Shown: piece by piece, positions 19,148 to 28,399 of the stretch
Position numbering within the stretch: position 1 is the first letter of the stretch
Layout of the letters: each line of letters begins with the position of its first letter
Assembly (NCBI GenBank): GCA_000993685.1
Contig: LBWP01000006.1
Span: 5,356-69,355, forward strand
From: Candidatus Woesebacteria bacterium GW2011_GWA1_39_21
GTDB taxonomy: Bacteria > Patescibacteriota > Microgenomatia > UBA8517
DNA length: 64,000 nucleotides
Direction: 5' to 3'
Notes under the pieces: model-generated
Databases searched by the model: none
Seen by the model: the letters and a program-made list of their open reading frames with translations, nothing else
What the model was told of the DNA's origin: nothing
Program-made: the position numbers and the translations under genes

Positions 19148-20647
19148 ATGCCGCAAATTGTGGAGTTTTTAAAAAAACATTGGTTTTTGCTCTTATCCTT
19201 TTTATATTTTTTGACAAGGCTGTTTAATTTATTAACCTTGCCAATTTTTAACGATGAAGCCATATATATCGATTGGGCAAATAAAATGCGTTTTGGGTAT
19301 GTACCAACTTTCTATTCACTTTATGACGGTAAACCCCCCCTCCACTTTATTTTGATTTCACAAGCGTTAAAGGTCTTTGCTAACCCCTTGTTGGCGGGCA
19401 GGCTAGTCAGCGTTTTTATCGGATTTTCCACGTTAATTGTTTTGAAAAAAATCTCAGAAGCTGTTTTTGACAAGAGAGAAGGCGTCTTTTTGGTGTGTGT
19501 TTTTTACATTCTTTCCCCAATTTATACATTTTTTGATCGGCAAGCATTGCAAGAGCCGGTCTTAACAACATTTCTTTTATGGAGCTTCTATTTTTTAATA
19601 AAGTATTCGCAAAAATTTAGAGTAAAAGACATCATCTTTTCGGCTTTGTTTTTAAACCTGGCCTTTTTTACAAAAGCATCAGCAGCATATTTGCTTGGAC
19701 CAATTTGTTTATATTTTATCTACAAATTTTTTGTTGATCCAAAAAATAGAAATAATATATTCCTTTCAGCGGTGTGTTATTTTTGTGTCTTTATTTGCTT
19801 ATTGGCACCTCTTATGCTTCAAGAGCAAGCACATCTGATTTTTACACGTAACGACCGCTATCTGCTTAGTCTGAATTTGCCACCAGCGGTGTTTCTAAAA
19901 ATTTTGATAGACAATCTTGTCAAAAGCTTCCATCTTTTCCTTTGGTATTTTAATGTTTACCTTTTATTTTTTGTTATTTCATTGGTAAGTTTCTTGCGGA
20001 AGGTAAGATCGAGTGAATTAAAAATCTTTTTTTTGTTTATGTTGCCGCTGATTATTATGATCTTTACTTCCAAAGAAATTAACGACAGATACATTGCCCC
20101 ATTTTCAATATTTTTGATATTTATTTGTGCGGCGGGATTTACGGCGGTCAATAACAGTCTGAGGATTTTCTTCTATTTCACCCTGATTGTTCCGGCATTA
20201 ATTACTTTTTTTCAAATCATAAACATCAACAGTTACATATCTTTGCTAAACAAAAGTTATCCCCACCTGGGGCTATCAATTTATCAGAATGGGTTTACAT
20301 CCGGATATGGCGTAACTCACGCAATAACTTATCTTCAAAGTCTTGAGAGTAGTCACCGGAAGCTGTACCTTGGCGTTCGCGTCGATGCCGGCAATCCCGA
20401 AAGTGCTGTCATGGCATATTTTCTCAAGGACAAAAAAGCAACGGTTGTGCCAATGTATTTTGATGCACGGTTAATCAAACTTCCACTTCCGGATGATTTT
20501 GTTGGTAACATCTACCCATTCTATTTTATCTCGAGAGATGATAATTTAGCCGGAATGGATAAATATTTGACACTTGTGAAAAAGTTTTTCAAACCTGATG
20601 GAGTATCGTTTGTCGGAATCTATAAATATCAAAAATCCAAAAGTTAA
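19148..20647 (+). CDS. GT-C/PMT-like (GT39/ArnT-like) membrane glycosyltransferase
   Basis: Likely start ATG 19148 just after upstream stop; PIFNDEAIY, DGKPPL, GRL.S, FFDR.AL.E motifs. Confidence 0.75.
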   Translation: MPQIVEFLKKHWFLLLSFLYFLTRLFNLLTLPIFNDEAIYIDWANKMRFGYVPTFYSLYDGKPPLHFILISQALKVFANPLLAGRLVSVFIGFSTLIVLKKISEAVFDKREGVFLVCVFYILSPIYTFFDRQALQEPVLTTFLLWSFYFLIKYSQKFRVKDIIFSALFLNLAFFTKASAAYLLGPICLYFIYKFFVDPKNRNNIFLSAVCYFCVFICLLAPLMLQEQAHLIFTRNDRYLLSLNLPPAVFLKILIDNLVKSFHLFLWYFNVYLLFFVISLVSFLRKVRSSELKIFFLFMLPLIIMIFTSKEINDRYIAPFSIFLIFICAAGFTAVNNSLRIFFYFTLIVPALITFFQIININSYISLLNKSYPHLGLSIYQNGFTSGYGVTHAITYLQSLESSHRKLYLGVRVDAGNPESAVMAYFLKDKKATVVPMYFDARLIKLPLPDDFVGNIYPFYFISRDDNLAGMDKYLTLVKKFFKPDGVSFVGIYKYQKSKS

Positions 20648-20649
20648 CT

Positions 20650-21911
20650 ATGATACCCACAAACTTAACTATTAAAAAAGCCTATGCATATGTAATTGTC
20701 GTCGCTTTTCTTTTGCTTTTCCCCTTTGGACAACTGCTGCGGATCAACTTAACAGCACTGGGTTTTAATTTTGGAATAGTTCCTGCCGACATCCTTGCGC
20801 TTTTCTCGCTTCCGTACTTGTTCTTGAATAATGACATCCTCCCCGCCTTAAAAGGCGGGGTTTCCCCAAGGAGGATGACATATAAGCAAAGCTTAACTCT
20901 GTTTGCACATTTTCAGAGTTCAATTCATCTTATCTAAAAAGAATCATCTTTTTCTTTATTGCAAGTTGGGTTTTTTCATTGATTGTTTTTCGAACCACGG
21001 CAATCGTTTACGGTTTAATGTATTTAATCCGGCTGGTATCGTATATCTCGTTTGCATTTCTTGTCAACTATCTATGCGCTTCTGAAAGGATTAAAAAAAA
21101 TATTTTGAACCTGACCTTGGTTGTGCTTGGTTTTTTTATGCTTCTTGGAGCATGTCAGTTTATTTTTTATTATGATTTGCGTGATTTATACTTTAGCGGT
21201 TGGGACGACCACTACTATCGATTTGTCTCAACAACCCTAGATCCGGGTTACGCTGCAGTTGTTTTAAATATCGGGCTGGTTTTGGTTTTAGCAAAAAATC
21301 TTATTAAATCACGATACGTAAAGATACTTTTCACAGTTTTATTTGTTACCGCAGTCATCCTGACTTTTTCCCGAGCAGGGTATCTGACTCTTTTGGCGCT
21401 TCTTTTGTACAGATTTAAAAAACACTTTAAAAAAATTCTCTTGGTAGCCGTCGTCGTTGTTATATTTTTACTGATAGTTCCGAAACCGAGGAGTGCGGGT
21501 GTCGAGTTGTTAAGAACGTTTAGTATCAGCTCAAGAGTTGATGATTACAAAAAAACCGCAGAAATATTCTTTAAACACCCTCTTTTCGGCGTTGGATATA
21601 ATAATTTGTGTTTATTCCGCGTGATTAATGGTGAAAACAATATCGCTTCGCATTCCTGTTCGGGAAGTGACTCGTCACTTCTGACGATTTTGGCAACGAC
21701 CGGCGTGGTCGGATCAATGATCTTTTTCATATCTTTTTACAAAATCATAGGGCTTTTGCCAAAAGATGAGTATGGCCACATCGTGAAGATGGTTATTATG
21801 GTCTTGCTTGTAAGTTCGCTTTTTAATAACACGCTCTTTTTCAATTTTAATATGGGGCTTTTCGCGCTATTTTTCGGACTTTCGAGGAAAACCTCTACTC
21901 TTGAAAATTAA
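20650..21911 (+). pseudogene. O-antigen ligase/polymerase (Wzy_C/WaaL-like) interrupted by a mini IS200/IS605-type element
   Basis: 5' ORF 20650-20937 and 3' ORF 20979-21911 are in different frames either side of the insert at 20831-20929; 3' part has R..ST.LDP, LTFSR, P.FGVGYN motifs. Confidence 0.75.
20831..20929 (-). mobile_element. Truncated copy of mini element family A (IS200/IS605-type right end; left-end hairpin missing)
   Basis: Reverse complement matches 30259-30375 except a 23-bp deletion between AAGC repeats; CCCCGCCTT-TT-AAGGCGGGG hairpin followed by AGGATGTCAT. Confidence 0.8.
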
Positions 21912-22605
21912 CCGTTAGTTGTTTTGTCGCTTCGTTACCTGCCTTGTCTTTAGCCACGAGGGTGATTGTATTTGCGCCTGGCTGCAAATTGTATTTGTAG
22001 CCGAAGGTGTCATCGTCAGAGACGAGGACGTACTTGTCATTTATTTTAAGTTCAACATCACTATCGCTTGTACCCTTAATTTCAACTAAACGATTTTTAT
22101 CTCCGTAAACTGTGGAGTTGTCTTGCGGTTGGTTCACTGTTAAATTTGGATTGTCCTTGTCTAAAACAATTTGGTACTGTTTTGTATGGACACTTTCATT
22201 TCCTGCAGAATCAGTTGAAAAAAGAAAGAAACTGTTGATGCCGCTAACAAGCTTCGCCTTAAAAATATATGACCCGTCGGAATCAGCAACCTGTTCGTAA
22301 GTGTCCCTGTTTAAAGAAAGAGTAACCGCTGATGCGGCCTCTGCAGAACCTTTAACTTCAATGTTATCCTTATTTGTGTAGTCGGGAATGTCATTAACAA
22401 GGGGAATGTTCGGAGGGATTTTATCTTCAGATTTGCTGATAGTATCGGAATTTTTTAAGTTTCCGATAAAGTTGATGACGTAAACAAGTGCTTTGGCGCC
22501 GGCAAAAAAGATTACAACCGCGGAAAAGATTGTAAAAAGCAGATAGCGAATCGATTTGTTTCGATTCGACTGGGTCTGTTTTTTTTGTCTAAGCGAATAA
22601 TACAT
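21895..22605 (-). CDS. Membrane-anchored protein with two bacterial Ig-like domains
   Basis: N-terminal TM; repeated G.N......D.AGNES / DKAGNE motifs. Confidence 0.75.
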   Translation of the reverse strand: MYYSLRQKKQTQSNRNKSIRYLLFTIFSAVVIFFAGAKALVYVINFIGNLKNSDTISKSEDKIPPNIPLVNDIPDYTNKDNIEVKGSAEAASAVTLSLNRDTYEQVADSDGSYIFKAKLVSGINSFFLFSTDSAGNESVHTKQYQIVLDKDNPNLTVNQPQDNSTVYGDKNRLVEIKGTSDSDVELKINDKYVLVSDDDTFGYKYNLQPGANTITLVAKDKAGNEATKQLTVNFQE

Positions 22606-22614
22606 AATCTTCGG

Positions 22615-22686
22615 AGCCGATGAGGGGACTTGAACCTCTAACCTTTCCCTTACGAAGGGATTGCTCTACCGTTGAGCTACATCGGC
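22615..22686 (-). tRNA. tRNA-Thr(CGT)
   Basis: Reverse complement GCCGATGTAGCTCAACGGTAGAGCAATCCCTTCGTAAGGGAAAGGTTAGAGGTTCAAGTCCCCTCATCGGCT folds as a cloverleaf; CCA not encoded. Confidence 0.95.
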
Positions 22687-22698
22687 AAAGTTGATTAT

Positions 22699-22797
22699 TG
22701 AATTCATCTGCGAAATCCACGGACTTTAGTCCGAGGGTGAAGCAAGAATCCAATCTCGTCGACAAAATACCATGGGCTTTAGCCCGTGGTAGTTTAT
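22699..22797 (+). mobile_element. 99-bp mini element family B (two subterminal hairpins, IS200/IS605-type ends)
   Basis: 90/99 identical by manual alignment to 30376-30474; follows TTAT and ends TTAT; hairpins TCCACGGAC-TTTA-GTCCGAGGG and ACCATGGGC-TTTA-GCCCGTGGT. Confidence 0.8.
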
Positions 22798-22839
22798 TAT
22801 AAAAAGATAGAACCGATATATTATAACAAAAAGGAGAAC

Positions 22840-23076
22840 CTATTTTCCGAAGTAGCCGGCTCCAGATAGGCAGTCATTGAGGTTTTGATCGAATGCACTT
22901 TCTTCATTAACCATAACTATTTCTTTATTCTGAATGATGTTTGATGTTTTTTCAGCGATGTCGGCACACGAGGCGTAAATTATTTGAGGTCGGTAATTAT
23001 TCCAAACTCCGAGTCCAAGAATAAGCGAAACGGTAATGAAGACTGTCAAATAGATTTTGCCCTTGATATTTTCCAC
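22840..23076 (-). CDS. Small membrane-anchored hypothetical protein (two Cys)
   Basis: GTG start preceded by TTGACA and a -10-like box; N-terminal TM. Confidence 0.6.
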   Translation of the reverse strand: MENIKGKIYLTVFITVSLILGLGVWNNYRPQIIYASCADIAEKTSNIIQNKEIVMVNEESAFDQNLNDCLSGAGYFGK

Positions 23077-23165
23077 AATTTGATTATTAACATTAAAGAG
23101 GAATTTGTCAATTATTGACTATTCTTATCTAAAAGGCGGCTGATCATCTTGGCTGCAGAGCCGAT

Positions 23166-23330
23166 TTATTTAGACTCAGCGCCTTTTGGAATCTCTATAT
23201 TAATCCAAATGTCATCCATTTCACACCAATAAGCACTTCTTTTATACTCTTTCTTTGGTTTCACCTTAAAGTTAAAACTTGAATCTTCCCTTTTTAAAAT
23301 CATTTGTTTTTTGCATTTAGGACATTCCAT
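23166..23330 (-). CDS. 54-aa zinc-ribbon-like small protein (not in ORF track)
   Basis: Translated by hand: MECPKCKKQMILKREDSSFNFKVKPKKEYKRSAYWCEMDDIWINIEIPKGAESK; TATAAT 7 nt upstream of ATG. Confidence 0.7.
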   Translation of the reverse strand: MECPKCKKQMILKREDSSFNFKVKPKKEYKRSAYWCEMDDIWINIEIPKGAESK

Positions 23331-23365
23331 GTTCTCAATTATAAATCTTTTGTAACTAAGTTACT

Positions 23366-23605
23366 TTGTTACTTCTGGAGCTGGTGACCGTAATTGGCTC
23401 GGACCTATTTGATCTTGACGACAATATCAAACAGTATTTTCAAGATTCAAATATGCCACTAATCACAGCGATTGAAATTGGTCTTCGCTATTACATCACT
23501 AGTGATCTTATTTTACAGCTTAATGTTTTTAAAGACTATCTTGAGACTGTGAATTCCTGTCTGTTTCAGGAAGTTTTTGGTAAACCTAGGAAATATTTTC
23601 ACTAA
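23366..23605 (+). CDS. Hypothetical ORF, possibly a gene remnant
   Basis: 79-codon ORF with TTG start; no recognised motif. Confidence 0.3.
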   Translation: MLLLELVTVIGSDLFDLDDNIKQYFQDSNMPLITAIEIGLRYYITSDLILQLNVFKDYLETVNSCLFQEVFGKPRKYFH

Positions 23606-23636
23606 AAGTCTTTTTGTTATAAAATAAGATCAAATC

Positions 23637-24395
23637 ATGAAAGCTAAGTTTATATGTCTTAACCTTTGGGGTGGCGGGATACTTATCGACAATATTTTAG
23701 ATTTTCTTTCTATTGAAAAACCAGATATCCTAGCGGTTCAAGAAGTTTACAAAGAAGCCGATTCTTCAAAAAACATCAAAATATATAATTCTCTTGACTT
23801 AATAATCAATAATTCTGGACTCAAATATTTATCGTTTGCACCAACCTACAAAACTCTAAAGACTAGTGTAATTGTTGAACACGGAAATGCCGTCTTTAGT
23901 AGATTTCCAATAATTTCGACAGATGCCACTTTTTATGATTTACCCTACGACGGGAATTTTAAGGAACCAGAAAAAGATTTTTCTTCTTGTCCACGTAATC
24001 TCCAACACGTTGTGGTTCGAATAAATGAACGGATTATCAACATTTTTAACACTCATGGAATATGGGGATTTGACGATGAAGATACTGAACGGAGACTAAA
24101 TATGAGCAATAAAATACTAGAAAAGACGAAAGACTTTAAAAATGTAATCTTGGCTGGAGATTTTAATATTGATATGAAAAGTCAAACCATAAAAAATATT
24201 GAAAAGAATCTAAATAACCTTTTTTTAAAAGAATTTGAATCTTCTTTTAATCTCAAATACAAGAATGGCGCCATTTTTTCAAAGCTAGCCGTAGATACCG
24301 TTTTTGTAAGCCACGACATCAATATTATAGAAAAACGTAGTTCTAAGGCCGACGTTTCAGACCATTTACCGTTAATCATGACGTTTGAAATCTAA
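23637..24395 (+). CDS. Endonuclease/exonuclease/phosphatase (EEP) family protein
   Basis: DILAVQEV, GNAVFSRFP, NTH, LAGDFN, SDHLP motifs. Confidence 0.9.
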   Translation: MKAKFICLNLWGGGILIDNILDFLSIEKPDILAVQEVYKEADSSKNIKIYNSLDLIINNSGLKYLSFAPTYKTLKTSVIVEHGNAVFSRFPIISTDATFYDLPYDGNFKEPEKDFSSCPRNLQHVVVRINERIINIFNTHGIWGFDDEDTERRLNMSNKILEKTKDFKNVILAGDFNIDMKSQTIKNIEKNLNNLFLKEFESSFNLKYKNGAIFSKLAVDTVFVSHDINIIEKRSSKADVSDHLPLIMTFEI

Positions 24396-24530
24396 TCGAT
24401 AGCTCCGACTCCGCTTACCGTATGATTTTCCCAAGGCAAAAGTAAAAACGTTAAAAACATTGGCTAGAACTCGGGAATGACTTTATTTCTTGAGGAAAAT
24501 TGGGGTAAACACAAAACCATTTCGCTATTG

Positions 24531-24601
24531 AGCGGGATACGGGAGTTGAACCCGTTTCTCTACCTTGGGAAGGTAGCATTAAGCCGATTAACTAATCCCG
24601 C
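24531..24601 (-). tRNA. tRNA-Gly(CCC)
   Basis: Reverse complement GCGGGATTAGTTAATCGGCTTAATGCTACCTTCCCAAGGTAGAGAAACGGGTTCAACTCCCGTATCCCGCT folds as a cloverleaf. Confidence 0.93.
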
Positions 24602-24669
24602 GTATTATAACGCGTAAACAATTTAACTAACCAAAAGTATTTTAGCAAATTTTTTGAAAGTATTTAAAT

Positions 24670-25311
24670 TTAGCGGGGAATGATAAAGATGTTACCGGAG
24701 TGAATGAGGCTTGGATTTTGAAGATTATTTGCACTGGCAATCTCTGTCCATTTGAACCCATCACCGTATGCTCTGACCGAAATATTCCATAAAGAATCAC
24801 CTTTGGTAACTGTGTAGGTTTCACCTGTAATTGTTTGTGTCTCGGGTGTCATTATTTGGCTTGGAGTAGGTGATACAAACATTTCCCGAGCTGGCGTAAC
24901 TGTAGCTGTTGGAGTTTCCGTTATCGCAAGTGTCGCTTGGGGAGTTACTTTTTCCATTGCTTCCGTTGGAACTTGTGAAATTACCGGAGGAATTTTTATT
25001 TCTTGTCCGACTTCGATGTCATAAGGGGCTGTTAGATTATTTGCATCGGCAATTCTTTTCCAATCATAACCAGATCCCAACTGGCTTTCAGCAATTTTCC
25101 AAAGGTCGTCGCCTTTTTGGACTGAATACATTTGTCCTTCTGAAGTTGTTTCTTGTTCGGTTCCAATTGAGGGAATTGTTTCGCCCTCGTTTCCGCTATT
25201 ATAATTTTTTACGATAAAGAAGCCGACGATGAGGATAACGATCACGCCGAGAAGCATACTGACGTTCGATTCATTTTTCTTGAAATATTTTAAAACTTTT
25301 TTAAGATTCAT
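24670..25311 (-). CDS. Membrane-anchored protein with two LysM domains
   Basis: YSVQKGDDLWKIA and YTVTKGDSLWNIS repeats joined by a Pro/Thr-rich linker. Confidence 0.9.
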   Translation of the reverse strand: MNLKKVLKYFKKNESNVSMLLGVIVILIVGFFIVKNYNSGNEGETIPSIGTEQETTSEGQMYSVQKGDDLWKIAESQLGSGYDWKRIADANNLTAPYDIEVGQEIKIPPVISQVPTEAMEKVTPQATLAITETPTATVTPAREMFVSPTPSQIMTPETQTITGETYTVTKGDSLWNISVRAYGDGFKWTEIASANNLQNPSLIHSGNIFIIPR

Positions 25312-25543
25312 TTGTGCGACCTATATTAATTTTATATAAATGCATCTATTAAACGCAAAGACTAATGCGAATTTATACTATGAGGATAAATTTGTCAAGA
25401 TCGTCTATCATTAATAGTTAATTTTATATATCGCTATTGTTGAGTGATAACTTTTTTTATATAATATTGACGTTCAAACTAATTGTATGGGGTCATAACA
25501 ACCTTGATTTCATCAAGAATGTTGTGTTCCCAAAATAAATTTT

Positions 25544-25617
25544 GGGGTCATAGCTCAACTGGCTAGAGCGCTTCCCTGTCACGGAAGAGGTTGCGGGTTC
25601 GAGTCCCGTTGACCCCG
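25544..25617 (+). tRNA. tRNA-Asp(GTC)
   Basis: GGGGTCATAGCTCAACTGGCTAGAGCGCTTCCCTGTCACGGAAGAGGTTGCGGGTTCGAGTCCCGTTGACCCCG cloverleaf. Confidence 0.95.
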
Positions 25618-25695
25618 CAAATAAGTTCAAATTGGATAAAATAATAGAGTTCTTCCTTAATTTTTAACTTCACTTGATTATGTTAGAATATCCCT

Positions 25696-26088
25696 ATGGA
25701 AAAAGAATTTGAAGTAACAAGAACACATAAATATGGAGATAGCCTTCGGGAGGAGGTTGCAGTGGAATTTGTACTTAAGGGAAAAGATTTTCAAAAAGTT
25801 AAACAAGCAGTGCTAAAAGAGTTTAATTTGACTGATCCAGAAAAAGCTATGTTTCAAGGAATACAAATGAAAGATGATAATCACAGTTTGGAAATGTAAA
25901 GTGGTGAAACTTGTGATATTACTGGTGGTGCTCGTATAAATGTTCTTTTACAACAAGATTTTAATGGAACTATAACAACAGTCATAACTCCAAATCATCA
26001 TATTTGGGACTCTTCAAGACCTGGGTTAGAAAATGTTTCAAGAGGAATTAGTTCAGCCTTGCAAGAGTTTATATCTAAAAAATCATGA
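25696..26088 (+). pseudogene. Hypothetical gene with one in-frame TAA at 25897-25899
   Basis: Same frame stays open for 62 more codons after the TAA (SGETCDITGG...EFISKKS) to TGA 26086-26088. Confidence 0.6.
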
Positions 26089-26203
26089 ATTATTTTCGCA
26101 ATTAGGGAAAACCTCCATTAACTTGATGAGTGAATTCAGAAAAAGTTCAAGATAAGACCCATCATCCCCGCCCACAACACACCTGGTTTGTCTCTCATTT
26201 AAT

Positions 26204-26563
26204 ATGCCTAAAGAACAAGTATTAGAACATAACGCTCAATATATTAGAGAATATTTTTCTGGTATAACAAATTTAAACGAGGCTGCCGGCGCTGTTATTG
26301 CAAATCTTAAGAGATTACGCAAGGTGAAGCATCGCGATGGCGGTCTAATGTACCCGAGGTTGGATTCGGATTTATTTTTCGATAACTTATGTAGATTATT
26401 TGTAGTTGTTAATCACGGGGGTGCTGAAACTATTCCTGAAGCAAATAAAAAAGGTTGTGTAAATAAAGGCGCCATATGTGAGGCGTGTGGTAATTTATAT
26501 TTCGTGGATGGAAAATTTCATTGTGATTTGGACCGACGTGATAGTCAATATTTTGTTGGATAG
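26204..26563 (+). CDS. Hypothetical protein with Cys-rich C-terminus
   Basis: 119-aa ORF; C-x6-C-x2-C-x11-C. Confidence 0.55.
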   Translation: MPKEQVLEHNAQYIREYFSGITNLNEAAGAVIANLKRLRKVKHRDGGLMYPRLDSDLFFDNLCRLFVVVNHGGAETIPEANKKGCVNKGAICEACGNLYFVDGKFHCDLDRRDSQYFVG

Positions 26564-26612
26564 TAAATTTTACTAGATATTTTTTTCAGTTTATCTTCAA
26601 TTTCTTGGTATA

Positions 26613-28340
26613 ATGTATTTATATGCTTCAGGAAAAAGCAGAATTATTGCTTACGAACGCGCAGCCGATGCGGTTGAACATCTTTCTTCTGAAGCTAAGG
26701 ATCTTTACGACGAGGGCAAGCTTGAAGATATTCCCGGAGTTGGGGCTTCGATCGCAGCCAATCTATCGGATATTTTTAAAACTGGTAAGTCTAAACATTT
26801 TGAAGCATTATTAAAAAGTGTTTCTCCTGCTGTTTTTGAACTTATCCCGCTTGAAGGAATTGGACCCAAACTAGCTTACAAATTGGTTAACGAACTTAAA
26901 ATCAAACCACCCGACGCGATATCCAAATTAAAAAAATTAGTCTTAAAAGGTGAGATTGCCAAACTTGAAGGCTTCGGTGAAGATTCGCAAGCAAGCATCT
27001 TGAAGGCAATAGACGATTACAAAGAAAGTGGTAACCGCCACTTATTAAATTATGCCGAAAGTGTGGCCAACCTGATCGTTGATTGGATGAAAAATGATGC
27101 TAGCGTTACGCGAGTCGACACCTTGGGCAGCCTGCGAAGAAAAGTTTCTACAATTGGCGATATTGATATTGCCTGTTGTACAAATGACGTCAGTAAAACA
27201 ATCGAACACTTCGTAAATTATCCCGATAAAAAGCGAGTATTAGACAGGGGAGACAAAAAAGCATCGATTATTATCCCTGGAAACATTCAGGTTGATCTGA
27301 TGGCTCAAAGGCCTAATGCCTACGGAGCGCTTTTACAGCATTTTACAGGTAGCAAGCATCACAACATCGCACTTCGTGAATATGCACGTACAAAGTCGAA
27401 AAGTTTATCTGAATACGGGATTAGAAATCTAAAAACAAAAAAACTGAAAAAATTAGCAAGTGAAGAAGAATTTTACCACAGCCTATCTCTTTCCTACATT
27501 CCACCGGAGCTTCGTGAAGATACCGGTGAAATCCAGGCAGCCGAATCGGATTTCAAAAACCAAACACCCGGGTTACCTAAACTAATTGGGCTCACCGATA
27601 TCAAAGGCGATTTACAAATCCACTCAAACTTTGACATTGAGACAAGTCATGACCTTGGGATATCCTCATATCGCGTAATCATTCAGAAAGCACAAGAGCT
27701 TGGTTATGAATATCTTGCTTTCACCGACCATAATCCAAGCAGATCGAAACACAGCGACAAGCAAATTATTGATTTAATAAAGCGAAAGAAAGAAAGTATT
27801 GAAAAGTTAAATTACTCATTAATGCATAACAACAAAAGAGTAATATCCGTATTCAACAGTTTGGAAGTTGATATCAAGTCAAATGGTGACTTGTCGATTC
27901 CGGAAGCAGCTTTTGATTGCCTCGATTTCGTGTTGGTATCGATCCATTCAGTTTTTCGATTATCGAAAGAGTTGATGACTAAACGAGTACTACAAGCTTT
28001 AAATCACCCTAAAGCGAAGATCTTTGCTCATCCCACGGGTAGAAAATTGAACGAAAGGGAAGGGGTAGAACTTGACTGGGACAAAATATTCGACTATGCA
28101 AAAGAAAATAACAAGTTTATTGAAATTAATGCAGATCCAATGCGTCTTGACCTTCCGGACTATCTTGTGAAAGACGCCGTGAAACGTGGAGTAATGTTAA
28201 CGATGGGAACTGATGCTCATCATGTTGACCACATGATCAACATGCGGTATGCGGTGTATGTTGCCAGACGCGGTTGGGCCCAAAAAGTTAATGTCCTTAA
28301 CACACGACCTTTTAAAGATGTCAAGATGTTGTTAATTTAA
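26613..28340 (+). CDS. polX: DNA polymerase X / PHP-domain 3'-5' exonuclease (5' end appears damaged)
   Basis: IPGVG, GIGPK, GSLRR..TIGDID, HFTGSK.HN, GDLQIHS, TDH, AHPTGR, GTDAH motifs. Confidence 0.9.
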   Translation: MYLYASGKSRIIAYERAADAVEHLSSEAKDLYDEGKLEDIPGVGASIAANLSDIFKTGKSKHFEALLKSVSPAVFELIPLEGIGPKLAYKLVNELKIKPPDAISKLKKLVLKGEIAKLEGFGEDSQASILKAIDDYKESGNRHLLNYAESVANLIVDWMKNDASVTRVDTLGSLRRKVSTIGDIDIACCTNDVSKTIEHFVNYPDKKRVLDRGDKKASIIIPGNIQVDLMAQRPNAYGALLQHFTGSKHHNIALREYARTKSKSLSEYGIRNLKTKKLKKLASEEEFYHSLSLSYIPPELREDTGEIQAAESDFKNQTPGLPKLIGLTDIKGDLQIHSNFDIETSHDLGISSYRVIIQKAQELGYEYLAFTDHNPSRSKHSDKQIIDLIKRKKESIEKLNYSLMHNNKRVISVFNSLEVDIKSNGDLSIPEAAFDCLDFVLVSIHSVFRLSKELMTKRVLQALNHPKAKIFAHPTGRKLNEREGVELDWDKIFDYAKENNKFIEINADPMRLDLPDYLVKDAVKRGVMLTMGTDAHHVDHMINMRYAVYVARRGWAQKVNVLNTRPFKDVKMLLI

Positions 28341-28399
28341 GCTCTTTTGTATATGATTATTAACGTAAATATTTTTTTTCAGAACGGAGGTGAAAAGAT

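Noticed and set aside
20815..20830. TTCAAGAA (minus strand) next to the right end of the truncated A copy, resembling the left-end sequence and suggesting a circular-junction insertion
   Set aside because: The left end of the complete copy begins AACAGCG before TTCAAGAA, and these bases read in frame as ligase codons (FLN); treated as coincidence
22615..25617. tRNAs without encoded CCA
   Set aside because: Common in bacteria that add CCA enzymatically
25618..26600. tRNA-integrated element with att sites
   Set aside because: No duplicated tRNA 3' end and no integrase found
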